Source: Felis catus (Eukaryota). Taken from it: a stretch of 64,000 bases of DNA. The notes beneath the pieces are model-generated. The model had not been told where the DNA came from. It made no database searches and saw only the letters and a program-made list of their open reading frames with translations. Positions 13,475 through 25,594 of this stretch are shown here, piece after piece; the stretch's first letter is position 1, and the number at the start of each line of letters is the position of its first letter. Made by a program: the position numbers and the translations under genes. The stretch spans positions 83,888,001-83,952,000 of the forward strand of contig NC_058368.1 of the NCBI RefSeq assembly GCF_018350175.1. Direction: 5' to 3'.

Positions 13475-14810
13475 GTCATTTAAAGAAGAGTTAATACCTA
13501 TTCTTTTGAAGCTATTCCAAAAAAAATAGAAGTAGAAGGAAAACTTTCAAACTCATTCTATGACACCAGTATTACTTTTATTTCAAAAGCAGATAAAGAC
13601 CTCACTAAAAAGAAAATTACAGACCAATTTCCCTGATGGACATACATACAAATATTCTCAACAAGATACTAGCAAATCAAATCCAAAAATGTATTGAAAG
13701 AATTATTTACCATGATAACTGGGATTTATTCCTGGGCTGCAGGGCTGGTTCAATATCTACAACTCAATCAATGTGATACATGATATTAATAAAAGAAAAG
13801 ATAAGAACCATATGATCCTTTCAATACATGCAGAAAAAGCAATTGACAAAATACAGTATTCTTTCTTGATAAACAGCAATAAAGAAAGTAGGTATAGAAG
13901 AAACATACTCAGTATCATAAAGACCATATATGAAAGACCCACAGCTAATATCATCTTTAATGTGGAAAAACTGAGAGATTTCCCACTAAGGTCACAAACA
14001 TAACACGGATGCCCACTGTCACCACTGTTGTTCAACATAGTACTGGAAGTCCTGGCCCCAGCAGACAACAAAAAGAAATAAAATGCATACAAATTGGCAA
14101 AGAAGAAGTCAAACATTCACTCTTTTCAGATGATATGATACTCTACTTGGAAAACCTGATAGAATCCACCCAAAAAACTGCTACAACTGATAGGTGAATT
14201 TGGGAAAGTCACAGGATATAAAATCAGCGTAGAGAAATCAGTTACATTTCTATACACCAGTAATGAAGCAGCAGAAAGAGAAATCAAGGAATTTATCCCA
14301 TTTACAATTGCACCAAAACCTTTAAGATACCTAGGAATAAACCTAACCAGAGGTAAATGATCTTTACACTGAAAACTAAAGAAGTCGTATGAAAGAAATT
14401 GAAAAAGACACAAAGAAATGGCAAAACATTCCCTGCTCATTAATTCAAAATATATATACTAATCAAAGCAACCTACACATTCAATGCAATCCCTATCAAA
14501 CTAAAACCAGCATTCTTTACAGAGCTAGAACAAACAGTCCTACAATTTTTTTGGAACCAGCAAAGACCCAGAACAGCCAAAGTAATGTTGAAAAAGAAAA
14601 CCAAAGCAGGAAACATCACATTTCTGGACTTTAGTCTGTTTTTACAAAACTGTAATCATCAGGACAGTATGGTACCAGCACAAACACAGACACATAGATT
14701 AATGGAATAGAATAAAGAATCCAGAATTGGACCCACAAATGTATGGCCAACTAATCTTTGACAAAGCAAGAAAGAATATCCAATGGAAAAAAGACAGTCT
14801 CGTCAACAAA
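13475..14810 (+). mobile_element. Carnivore L1 ORF2 RT-region fragment
   Basis: Translations [18 protein letters not shown] and [13 protein letters not shown] (RT FADD-like motif). Confidence 0.88.
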
Positions 14811-15018
14811 TTATGGAGTCACTCAGTTCCCTAAGTCTATACACTTCCATAATTTTTCTTTGTCTCTTTAGTTTAGCTTCCTTATGTTCCATTATTTTCT
14901 CCTCTATATCACTAATTTATCTTGCTGCTTTTTACAGCCTATTATTCATTATAGGAAGCATATTTACAGTCTCAGTTATTGCATTCTTTATGTATAACTG
15001 ATCCTTTTTTAACTAGGG
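14811..15018 (-). mobile_element. Inverted L1 ORF1 (coiled-coil region) fragment
   Basis: Reverse complement resembles carnivore ORF1 (aatgcaataactgagact...ttagtgatatagaggagaaaataatggaa...cttagggaactgagtgactccataa). Confidence 0.65.
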
Positions 15019-15600
15019 TATAGCCCAGAAGGCATTGCACTGGTCCTGGAGAGAAGACAGGCAATGAAACCAGGGGAATACAGTGTGGAAACTTAGATTT
15101 CAAGAGTGCCTTGGGCACAAAGTGGGAGATTATTTGCTCTTCTTGGAGTGTATACTTGAGAAGCAGCATTCACAGAGATACCTCTCAGTAAACAAAGGAG
15201 CCAGTTGGTCCCATATTCCCACCTTCACTCCTCAGTATAATACAGAGCCACCTGCAGGAAGCAGAGAAATTGGTACACTGGATGGCTAACTTGCTTATAC
15301 CAAGCCTGACATTTTTTTAGTCTGTCTTGCCATAGCCAGGGAGGCATGCCCATTCTCCAAAAGATCGGTAGAAACCCTTTCCCACATTACATCCCCTGAC
15401 CAGAGTTTTGCCGGGCCTTTGTTCGGATGGAGGTGATGACAAGTCTCTTCCTAAGCAGCAAAGCACACCTATTTAAAACTCAACACATGTGGGGGATAGG
15501 CTTAGGAATCCCCTGGGCTTACACCAATGGGTTAACAAGGCATAAAGAAATACAAAGCCATAGAATGATCACACCTGAGTTTGGGTAAACCATATTGGTA

Positions 15601-15757
15601 CCCCAAGAATAGGGAGGTGCAAAGGTGCCCCAGAATAGAAACGGGATGCAAAGACACCCAAAAATAGAAAGGGGGTGCAGCGCCCCCAGAATAGAGAGGG
15701 AGGGGCAAAGTCTCAAAATAGGAATAGGTGCAAAGGCTCCCAATACAAAGGGATATG
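15601..15757 (+). repeat. Degenerate tandem array of ~27-29-bp units in the LTR U3
   Basis: Units of the form cccc(a)gaatag...gg.tgcaaag start at 15601, 15628, 15657, 15684, 15712, with a partial one at 15739. Confidence 0.85.
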
Positions 15758-15980
15758 AGGTAAGCAAGATCAGGCATGCAGGGCAAAAATGCCCCACAAT
15801 TTAGTACTATAGCAGAAAAGCTGCTTCCACAGGAGGAAAGAGCCAAGTTAGGTAAATTGGTGAATTAGACTATGGACCGCAGGCAAAGCAGCCCAGAGTA
15901 GAGATGGTTAACAAAATAAAAGATGCCTTGTTAACCCTGAGGTTATTCCCTCTCTGTCTCATCCCCTAGGCTAGCTAAGT

Positions 15981-16150
15981 TAAACATACATGGCACCTCC
16001 TGTCTGCCATTAAACATACACGGCACCTCCTGTCTGCCCATCTGCCCAGCATCAGGTTTTTGTTTTATATTGACCCAAACTACTTCATATTGACTACTTT
16101 TATATTGACCCAAACTACTTTATATTTTGTTTTATATTGACCACAAATAC
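15981..16150 (+). repeat. 30-bp direct duplication plus short ttttatattgac(ccaaactac) repeats in the LTR
   Basis: taaacataca(t/c)ggcacctcctgtctgcc at 15981 and 16011; tatattgac-type units repeated four times in 16063-16142. Confidence 0.88.
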
Positions 16151-17365
16151 TATATGTCTCCAAAATCCCCCTCTTCCCTCATGTCCCCATGTTAATGTTA
16201 ACAATTTACTTCTCTCTTTGTGCACACCCATCACGTTTATAAGCCTTCTGATCTTAATAAATATGGGACAAGGACCCTTATTTGGGGCTCTTTTCTTTTC
16301 CTGGACATTAGCCATCTCTGCATGGCTAATCCTGCATCCCACTGTTTTGCTGGCCAAATTAGAACTTCAGACTTAGAGTTTACAACAATCACATTCAGAT
16401 CAGGGACCAAATACTTCCCAATTCAGGTAAGCGAACTCTACAGGCAACTGGCTTGTAGGATAGAGGTGTCAAACCCAGCAGCAGAATACACGCAGCACAT
16501 ACCAGAGTCACTCACTGAATTGCCAGGCCCTGGACACAACATGACATCTTTTTCAAAATGCCATTAATTTCAGTATCAGGAAACATAACTGGCTTTTCTA
16601 TCACAGAGAAAAGAATACAGAGATAGAGAGAAAATGAGAAAACAGAAGATTTAATCCCAAATTAAAGAATAAGATAAGGCTACAGCCAGAGATCTAAGCT
16701 AAACAGACATAAGGAACAATTCTGATGGAGAATTTAAAGCAATGGCATTAAGGGTACTCTCAGTGGGCTTGATAAAATAATGGAAAACATCAAGGAAATT
16801 CTTACCACAGAGATAAAAGTATTAAAAATAATCAATCAGAGATGAGTATTGCAAGAAACAAGGTTAGAAACAATGTTGATGTAATGAGCAGAATGAACAT
16901 AATTCAGAGGAAGCAGAGGAATGAATGATATGGAAGACAAAGTAACAGGAAGCAAAGAGCTGAACAAATTAAAGAGGAAGTATGGAGCTCTAGAATAAAC
17001 ATAGGGTACTCAGTGTCTTCTTCAAATATAATAACATTCATAATGTAGACTTAACAGATAATCAGAACATTCTATTCTAAAACAGCAGAATAAATATCTT
17101 CTCAAGTGCATATTAGGGTAGATCCAGGATAGATCACATATTAGGACACAAATCAAGTCCCAAGAGATACTAAAAGTTAAAATTACATCATGCATCTTTT
17201 TTGGCCACAATACTATGAAATTTGAAGTCAAACACAAGAAAAAAAATTGAAAGTCCACAAATACATGGAGGTTAAACAACATGCTACTAAACAATGAATG
17301 GGTCAACCAGGAAATCAAAGAAAAAATTTTAAAAAGTTACATGGTAACAAAAAAACAGAAACACA

Positions 17366-17880
17366 ATATGCATTGTAAATGGCAAGATTTCATTGTTTTT
17401 TATGGCTGAGTAATATTCCTTGTATTTATATATCACATCTTTATCCACTCATCATTTGATGAACATTTGGACTCTTCATAGTTAGGCTATTGCTGATAAT
17501 GTTGCTGTAAACACTGGGGTGCATGTGGATGGAGCTAGAGTGTATTATGCTAAGCAAAACAAGTCAGTCACAGAAAAACAAATACCACATGATTTCCCTT
17601 ATGTGGAACATAAGAAACAAAACAGATAAATATAGGGGAAGACTAAAAAAAAGAGGTAGGCAAACAATAAGGGACTATGAACTATAGAGAACATTCTGAA
17701 AGTTGCTTGAGGTGAAGTGGGCAGGGTATTGGATAAATGCATGATGGGTATTAAGGAGGAAAATTGTGATGAGCACTGGGTATTTTATGTAAGTGATGAA
17801 TCACTAAATTCTAATGTTATGTCATATGTAAACCAACTCACATTTAAATATAAACTTGAAACTAACTAACAAGCAAAAAA
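17366..17880 (+). mobile_element. 5'-truncated, 5'-inverted L1 (twin-priming product)
   Basis: Inverted segment 17370-17524 joins, in consensus order, the sense segment starting atgtggatggagctagag; TSD agaaacaca at 17357-17365 and 17881-17889. Confidence 0.88.
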
Positions 17881-20053
17881 AGAAACACATGGGTAAAAAA
17901 CATTGGGATGTAGCAAAAATGGTCCTAAGAGGGAAGTATATAGTAATATAGGCATACCTCAAGACCTCAAATAAAAAACATAGCCTTACACCTAAAGAAG
18001 TTAGTAAAAGAACAAGTGAAGTCTAAACCCAGAAAAAAGAAGTAAATAATAATTATTAGAGCAGAAATAAGTGATATAGAAATTTAAAAAATAGATCAGA
18101 TAAATGAATCCAGGAGCTGGTTCTTTGAAAAAATTAATAAAATTGATTAACCTCCAGGCACACTTATCAAAATCAGACCAGAAATGATCCAAATGAATAA
18201 AAAGACAAATAAAAGAAGAGAAACAACAACCAACACCACCGAAACACATGGAATTATAAGAGAATATAATGAAAAATTATATATCAACAAATTAGACAAA
18301 CTGGAAGAAATGGATAATTCCTACAAATACATAAACTACCAAAACTGAAACAGGAAGAAATAGAAAACCTGAACAGATAGTAAAACAGTAAAGAAATTGA
18401 CTCAGTAATAGATAAACTCAAAACATACAAAATACAGAGCCACATGACTTCACAGGCAAATTCTATTAAACATTAAGGAAGAGGTAATATCTATACTTTT
18501 AAAACTATTCCAAAAAAACACAAACAGAAGAAAACTTCTAAATTCATTCTATTAGACCACAGTAATCCTGATACAAAATTTAGATGAAGACTAAAATGAA
18601 CATTGTAGGCCAATATCTCTGATAAACATGGATGAAAAATTCTCAATAAAATATTAGCAAACCAAATCTAACAGTACATTAAAAAAATCACTCATCATGA
18701 TCAAGTGGGATTTATCCATGGGTTGCAAGGGAAGTTTAATATTCACAAATCAATCAGCATGATACACCACATAAATAAAAGAAAGAATAAGAACCATATC
18801 ATCATTTCAAAACGAAGAAAAACCTTTTAACAAAATACAACATCACTTCATGATAAAAACTCTCAACAAAGTAGGTTTAGAGGGCACATAACTCAACATA
18901 ATAAAGACCATATACAAAAAACCCACAGATAATATCATCCACCTGGGGAACACTGTGACCTTTTCCTCCATAGTCAGGAACAAGTCAGAGATGTCCTCTC
19001 TCCACCGTTATTTAACAGTACTGGAAATCATAGCCTCAGCAATCACACAACAAAAAGAAATAAAATTTTCAAGAAAGAAAGAAAACATGCACTATTGCAA
19101 TGACATTATACTTGATATAGAAAACCCTAAAGACGATTGGACTGGGGGGGAAGATGGCTGTGTAGGAGGACGCTGGGCTCACCGCGCGTCCTGCTGATCA
19201 CTTAGATTCCACCTACACCTGCCTAACTAACCCAGACCACCAGAACGGAGTATCCGGAGCCCAGCGCAGATGAGAGGCACACAGAAGAGGGTAGGAAGGG
19301 CAGAGAGGCGGTGCGCACTGCAGGGACTGGCAGGAGGGAGCTGGGGCAGAGGGGCGGCCCAATGGCCAAGCAGAGCCCCTGAGTCTGGCTTGCAAAAGCG
19401 GAGGGGCCTGATGGAGTGTGTTTGACAGCAAGCGGGACTTAGCATCTGGGAGGTCATAAATTAACAACTCTGCTCGGAAAGCAGGAAGGCTGGAGGACAA
19501 AGGGAGGGAGAGTTGCTGAGCTCCAGGACGACAGAGCTCAGTTTGACGGGCAACAAGGGCGCTAGCCCACGCCATCTCCCTCGCCCATTCCCCAGCCAAA
19601 ATCCCAAAGGGAACCAGTTCCTGCCAGGGAACTTGCTCCCTTCGCGCAAATATCCAACTCTGTGCTTCTGCGGAGCCACCCCTCCGGCAGCGGGTCTGAC
19701 TCCCTCCAGCTGCCACAGGGCCCTTCCTGAAGTGGATCACCTAAGGAGAAGCGAGCTAAGCCTGCCCTTCCTGCCCCAGTGCACCTTGCCTACCCACCCC
19801 AGCTAATATGCCAGATCCCCAGCACCACAAGCCTGGCAGTGTGCAAGTAGCCCAGATGGGCCACGCCACCCCACAGTGAATCCCGCCCCTAGGAGAGGGG
19901 AAGAGAAGGCACACACCAGTCTGACTGTGGCCCCAGCGGTGGGCTGGGGGCAGACATCAGGTCTGACTGCGGCTCCGCCCACCAGCTCCAGTTATACACC
20001 ACAGCACAGGGGAAGTGCCCCAAAGTCCCGCACCAGTCCAGGGACTATCCAAA

Positions 20054-20945
20054 ATGACCAAACGGAAGAATTCCCCTCAGAAGAATCTCCAGGAAATAAC
20101 AACAGCTAATGAACTGATCAAACGGATATAAATAATATAACAGTAATTGAATTTAGAATAATAGTCATAAAATTAATCGCTGGGCTTGAAAACAGTATAG
20201 AGGACAGCAGAGAATCTCTTGCTACAGAGATCAAGGGACTAAGGAACAGTCACGAGGAGCTGAAAAACGCTTTAAAAGAAATGGAAAACAAAATGGAAAC
20301 CAAGACGGCTTGGATTGAAGAGGCAGAGGAGAGAATAGGTGAACTAGAAGATAAAGTTATGGAAAAAGAGGAAACTGAGAAAAAGAGGATTAAAAAATCC
20401 AGGAGTATGGGGGGAAAATTAGAGAACTAAGTGATACACTGAAAAGAAATAATATACGCATAATTGGTATCCCAGAGGAGGAAGAGAGAGGGAAAGGTGC
20501 TGAAGGGGTACTTGAAGAAATCATAGCTGAAAACTTCCCTGAACTGGGGAAGGAAAAAGGCATTGAAATCCAAGAGGCACAGAGAACTCCCTTCAGACAT
20601 AACTTGAATCGATCTTCTGCACGACATATCATAGTGAAACTGGCAAAATACAAGGATAAAGAGAACATTCTGAAAGCAGCAAGGGATAAACGTGCCCTAA
20701 CATATAAAGGGAGACCTATAAGACTCATGACTGATCTCTGTTTTGAAACTTGGCAGGCAAGAAAGGATTGGCACGAGATCTTTAATGTGCTGAACAGGAA
20801 AAATATGCAGCCGAGAATCCTTTATTCAGCAAGTCTGTCATTTAGAATAGAAGGAGAGATACAGGTCTTCCCAAACAAACAAAAACTGAAGGAATTTGTC
20901 ACCACTAAATCAGCCCTACAAGAGATCCTAAGGGGGATCCTGTGA
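20054..20945 (+). pseudogene. L1 copy A ORF1p, frameshifted
   Basis: MTKRKNSPQKNLQE...KLKEFVTTKSALQEILRGIL*; frame broken near 20120. Confidence 0.9.
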
Positions 20946-20995
20946 GACAAAGTACCAGAGATATCACTACAAGCATAAATCATACAGACATCACA

Positions 20996-23900
20996 ATGAC
21001 TCTAAACCCGTATCTTTCTATAATAACACTGAATGTAAATGGATTAAATGCACCAACCAAAAGACATAGGGTATCAGAATGGATTAAAAAACAAGACCCA
21101 TCTATTTTCTGTCTACAAGAGACTCATTTTAGACCTGAGGACACCTTTAGATTGAGAGTGAGGGGATGGAGAACTATTTATCATGCTACTGGAAGCCAAA
21201 AGAAAGCTGGAGTAGCCATACTTATATCAGACAAACTAGACTTTAAATTAAGGGCTGTAACAAGAGATGAAGAAGGGCATTATATAATAATGACAGGTTC
21301 TATCCACCAGGAAGAGCTAACAAATATAAATGTCTATGTGCCAAATACCGGAGCCCCCAAATATATAAAACAATTACTCATAAACATAAGCAACCTTATT
21401 GATAAGAATGTGGTAATTGCAGGGGACTTTAACACTCCACTTACAGAAATGGATAGATCATCTAGACACACGGTCAGTAAAGCAACAAGGGCCCTGAATG
21501 ACACATTGGATCAGATGGACTGACAGATATATTTAGAACGCTGCATCCCAAAGCAACAGAATATACTTTCTTCTTGAGTGCACATGGAACATTCTCCAAC
21601 ATAGATCATACACTGGGTCACAAAACAGCCCTTCATAAGTATACAAAAATTGAAATTATACCATGCATACTTTCAGACCACAATGCTATGAAACTTGAAA
21701 TCAACCACAGGAAAAAGTCTGGAAAACCTCCAAAAGCAGGGAGGTTAAAGAAAACCCTACTAAATAATAAGTGGGTCAACCAGGCAATTAGAGAAGAAAT
21801 TAAAAAATATATGGAAGCAAACTAAAATGAAAATACAACAATCCAAATGCTTTGGGATGCAGCGAAGGCAGTCCTGAGAGTAAAATACATAGCAATCCAG
21901 GCCTATCTCAAGAAACAAGAAAAATCCCAAATACAAAATCTAACAGCATATCTAAAGGAAATAGAAGCAATAGAACAGCAAAGACAGCCTAAACCCAGCA
22001 GAAGAAGAGAAATAATAAAGATCAGAGCAGAAATAAACAATATAGAATCTAAAAAAACTGTAGAGCAGATCAACGAAACCAAGAGTTGGTTTTTTGATAA
22101 AATAAACAAAATTGACAAACCTCTAGCTAGGCTTCTCAAAAAGAAAACGGAGATGATCCAAATAGATAAAATCATGAATGAAAATGGAATGATTACAACC
22201 AATCCCTCAGAGATACAAAAATTATCAGGGAATACTATGAAAAATTATATGCCAATAAATTGGACAACCTGGAAGAAATGGACAAATTTCTAAATACCCT
22301 AACTCTTCCAAAACTCAATCAGGAGGAAATAGAAAGCTTGAACAGACCCATAACCAGCAAAGAAATTGAACCGGTTATCAAAAAGCTCCCAACAAATAAG
22401 AGTCCAGGACCAGATGGCTTCCCAGGGGAGTTCTACCAGACGATTAAAGCAGAGATAATACCTATCCTTCTCAAGCTATTCCAAGAAATAGAAAGGGAAG
22501 AAAAACTTCCAGACTCATTCTATGAAGCCAGTATTACTTTGATTCCTAAACCAGACAGAGACCCAGTGAAAAAAGGAGAACTACAGGCCAATATCCCTGA
22601 TGAATATGGATGCAAAAATTCTCCATAAGATACTAGCAATTCGAATTCAACAGCATATAAAAAGAATTATTCACTATGATCAAGTAGGATTTATTCCTGG
22701 GATGCAGGGCTGGTTCAACATAAGCAAATCAATCAACGTGATACATCACATGAATAAAAGAAAAGATAAGAACCATATGATCCTGTCAATCGATGCAGAA
22801 AAGGCCTTTGACAAAATCCAGCACCGTTTCTTAATAAAAAACCCTTGAGAAAGTCGGGATTGAAGGAACATACTTAAAGATCATAAAAGCCATTTATGAA
22901 AAGCCCACAGCTAACATCATCCTCCATGGGGAAAAACTGAGAGCTTTTTCCCTGAGTTCAGGAACACGACAGGGATGCCCACTCTCACCGCTGTTGTCTA
23001 ACATAGTGTTGGAAGTTCCAGCATCAGCAATCAGACAACAAAAGGAAGTCAAAAGCATCAAAATTGGCAAAGATGAAGTCAAGCTTTCACTTTTTGCAGA
23101 TGACATGATATTATACATGGAACATCCGATAGACTCCACCAAAAGTCTGCTAGAACTGATACAGGAATTCAGCAAAGTTGCAGGATACAAAATCAATGTA
23201 CAGAAATCAGTTGCATTCTTATACACTAACAATGAAGCAACAGAAAGACAAATAAAGAAACTGATCCCATTCACAATTGCACCAAGAAGCATAAAATACC
23301 TAGGAATAAATCTAACCAAAGATGTAAAAGATCTGTATGCTGAAAACTATAGAAAGCTTATGAAGGAAATTGAAAAAGATTTAAAGCAATGGAAAGACAT
23401 TCCCTGCTCATGGATTGGAAAAATAAATATTGTCAAAATGTCAATACTACCCAAAGCTATCTACACATTCAATACAATCCCAATCAAAATTGCACCAGCA
23501 TTCTTCTCAAAACTAGAACAAGCAATCCTAAAATTCATATGGAACCACAAAAGGCCCTGAATAGCCAAACTAATTTTGAAGAAGACCAAAGCAGGAGGCA
23601 TCACAAGCCCAGACTTTAGCCTCTACTACAAAGCTGTAATCCTCAAGACAGCATGGTATTGGCACTAAAACAGACATAGACCAATGGAATAGAATAGAAA
23701 CCCCAGAACTAGACCCACAAACGTATGGCCAACTCATCTTTGACAAAGCAGGAAAGAACATCCAATGGAAAAAAGACAGTCTCTTTAACAAATGGTGCTG
23801 GGAGAACTGGATAGCAACATGCAGAAGGTTGAAACTAGACCACTTTCTCACACCATTCACAAAAATAAACTCCAAATGGATAAAGGACCTGAATGTGAGA

Positions 23901-24665
23901 CAGGAAACCATCAAAACCCTAGAGAAGAAAGCAGGAAAATACCTCTCTGACCTCAGCCGTAGCAATTTCTTACTTGACACATCCCCAAAGGCAAGGGAAT
24001 TAAAAGCATAAATGAATTACTGGGACCTTATGAAGATAAAAAGCTTCTGCACAGCAAAGGAAACAACCAACGAAACTAAAAGGCAACCAATGGAATGGGA
24101 AAAGATATTTGCAAATGACATATCGGACAAAGGGCTAGTATCCAAAATCTATAAAGAGCTCACCAAACTCCACACCCGAAAAACAAATAACCCAGTGAAG
24201 AAATGGGCAGAAAACGTGAATAGACACTTCTCTAAAGAAGACATCCGGATGGCCAACAGGCACATGAAAAGATGCTCAACGTCGCTCCTTATCAGGGAAA
24301 TACAAATCAAAACCACACTCAGGTATCACCTCATGCCAGTCAGAGTGGCCAAAATGAACAAATCAGGAGACTATAGATGCTGGCGAGGATGTGGAGAAAC
24401 GGGAACCCTCTTGCACTTTTGATGGGAATGCAAATTGGTTCAGCCACTCTGGAAAGCAGTGTGGAGGTTCCTCAGAAAATTAAAAATAGACCTACCCTAT
24501 GACCAGCAATAGCACTGCTAGGAATTTATCCCAGGGATTACAGGAGTACTGATGCATAGGGGCATTTGTACCCCAATGTTTATAGCAGCACTCTCAACAA
24601 TAGCCAAATTATGGAAAGAGCCTAAATGTCCATCAACTGATGAATGGATAAAGAAATTGTGGTTT
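20996..24665 (+). pseudogene. L1 copy A ORF2p (EN/RT), disrupted; C-terminus displaced beyond 30619
   Basis: [42 protein letters not shown]; multiple stops and frameshifts. Confidence 0.93.
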
Positions 24666-25594
24666 GAGAGAAGCGGCAAGATGGCGGCTTAGGAGGACGC
24701 TGGGCTCACCGCGCGTCCTGCTGATCACTTAGATTCCACCTACACCTGCCTAAATAACCCAGAAAACCGCCAGAGGATTAGCAGAACGGAGTCGCCAGAG
24801 CCAAACGCAGACGAGAGGCCCACGGAAGAGGGTAGGAAGGGCTGCGAGGCGGTGCGCGCTCCACGGACTGGCGGGAGGGAGCCGGGGCGGAGGGGCGGCT
24901 CGCCGGCCAAGCAGAGCCCCCGAGTCTGGCTGGCAAAAGTGGAGGGGCCTGACGGACTGTGTTCCCACAACAAGCGCGACTTAGCGTCTGGGAGGTCATA
25001 AGTTAACAGCTCTGCTCGGAAAGCGGGAAGGCTGGAGGACAAAGAGAGGGAGAGCTGCTGAGCCCCCTGACGACAGAGCTCAGCTTGGTGGGGAACAAGG
25101 CGCTCGCCAGCGCCATCTCCCCCGCCCATCCCCCAGCCAAAATCCCAAAGAGAACCAGTTCCTGCCAGGGAACTTGCTCCCTCCGCGCAAACACCCAACT
25201 CTGTGCTTCTGCAGAGCCACCCCTCCGGCAGCGAATCTGACTCCCTCCCGCTGCCACAGGGCCCCTCCTGAAGAGGATCACCTAAGGAGAAGCGATCTAA
25301 GCCTGCCCCTCCTGCCCCCGTGCACCTTGCCTACCCACCCCAGCTAATACGCCAGATCCCCAGCATCACAAACCTGGCAGTGTGAAAGTAGCCCAGACGG
25401 GCCACACCACCCCACAGTGAATCCCGCCCCTAGGAGAGGGGAAGAGAAGGCACACACCAGTCTGACTGTGGCCCCAGCTGTGGGCTGGGGGCAGACATCA
25501 GGTCGGACTGCGGCCCTGCCCACCAACTCCAGTTATACACCACAACACAGGGGAAGGGCCCTGCAGGTCCTCACCACGCCAGGGACTATCCAAA
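24666..25594 (+). promoter_or_regulatory. L1 5'UTR internal Pol II promoter, CpG-rich, with YY1-type motif
   Basis: aagatggcgg at 24678-24687; many retained CpGs; L1 5'UTR promoters with a 5' YY1 site are established. Confidence 0.75.

Larger units (their letters stand above)
15488..16387 (+). mobile_element. Solo ERV LTR (~900 bp), possibly class II (ERVK/beta-like)
   Basis: Starts TGT and ends ACA; flanked by aacaca (15482-15487) / atcaca (16388-16393), a 6-bp TSD with 1 mismatch; TATA-like tttataag 16236, aataaa 16256; interrupts collinear L1 5'UTR. Confidence 0.8.

Noticed and set aside
15601..15757. CRISPR-like array of ~28-bp repeats
   Set aside because: Head-to-tail degenerate units with no unique spacers, inside a mammalian LTR, with no cas genes.
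15519..16567. ORFs within the LTR as viral accessory genes (e.g. sag-like)
   Set aside because: Short, mostly non-ATG starts, driven by the repeats, and no recognisable motif.
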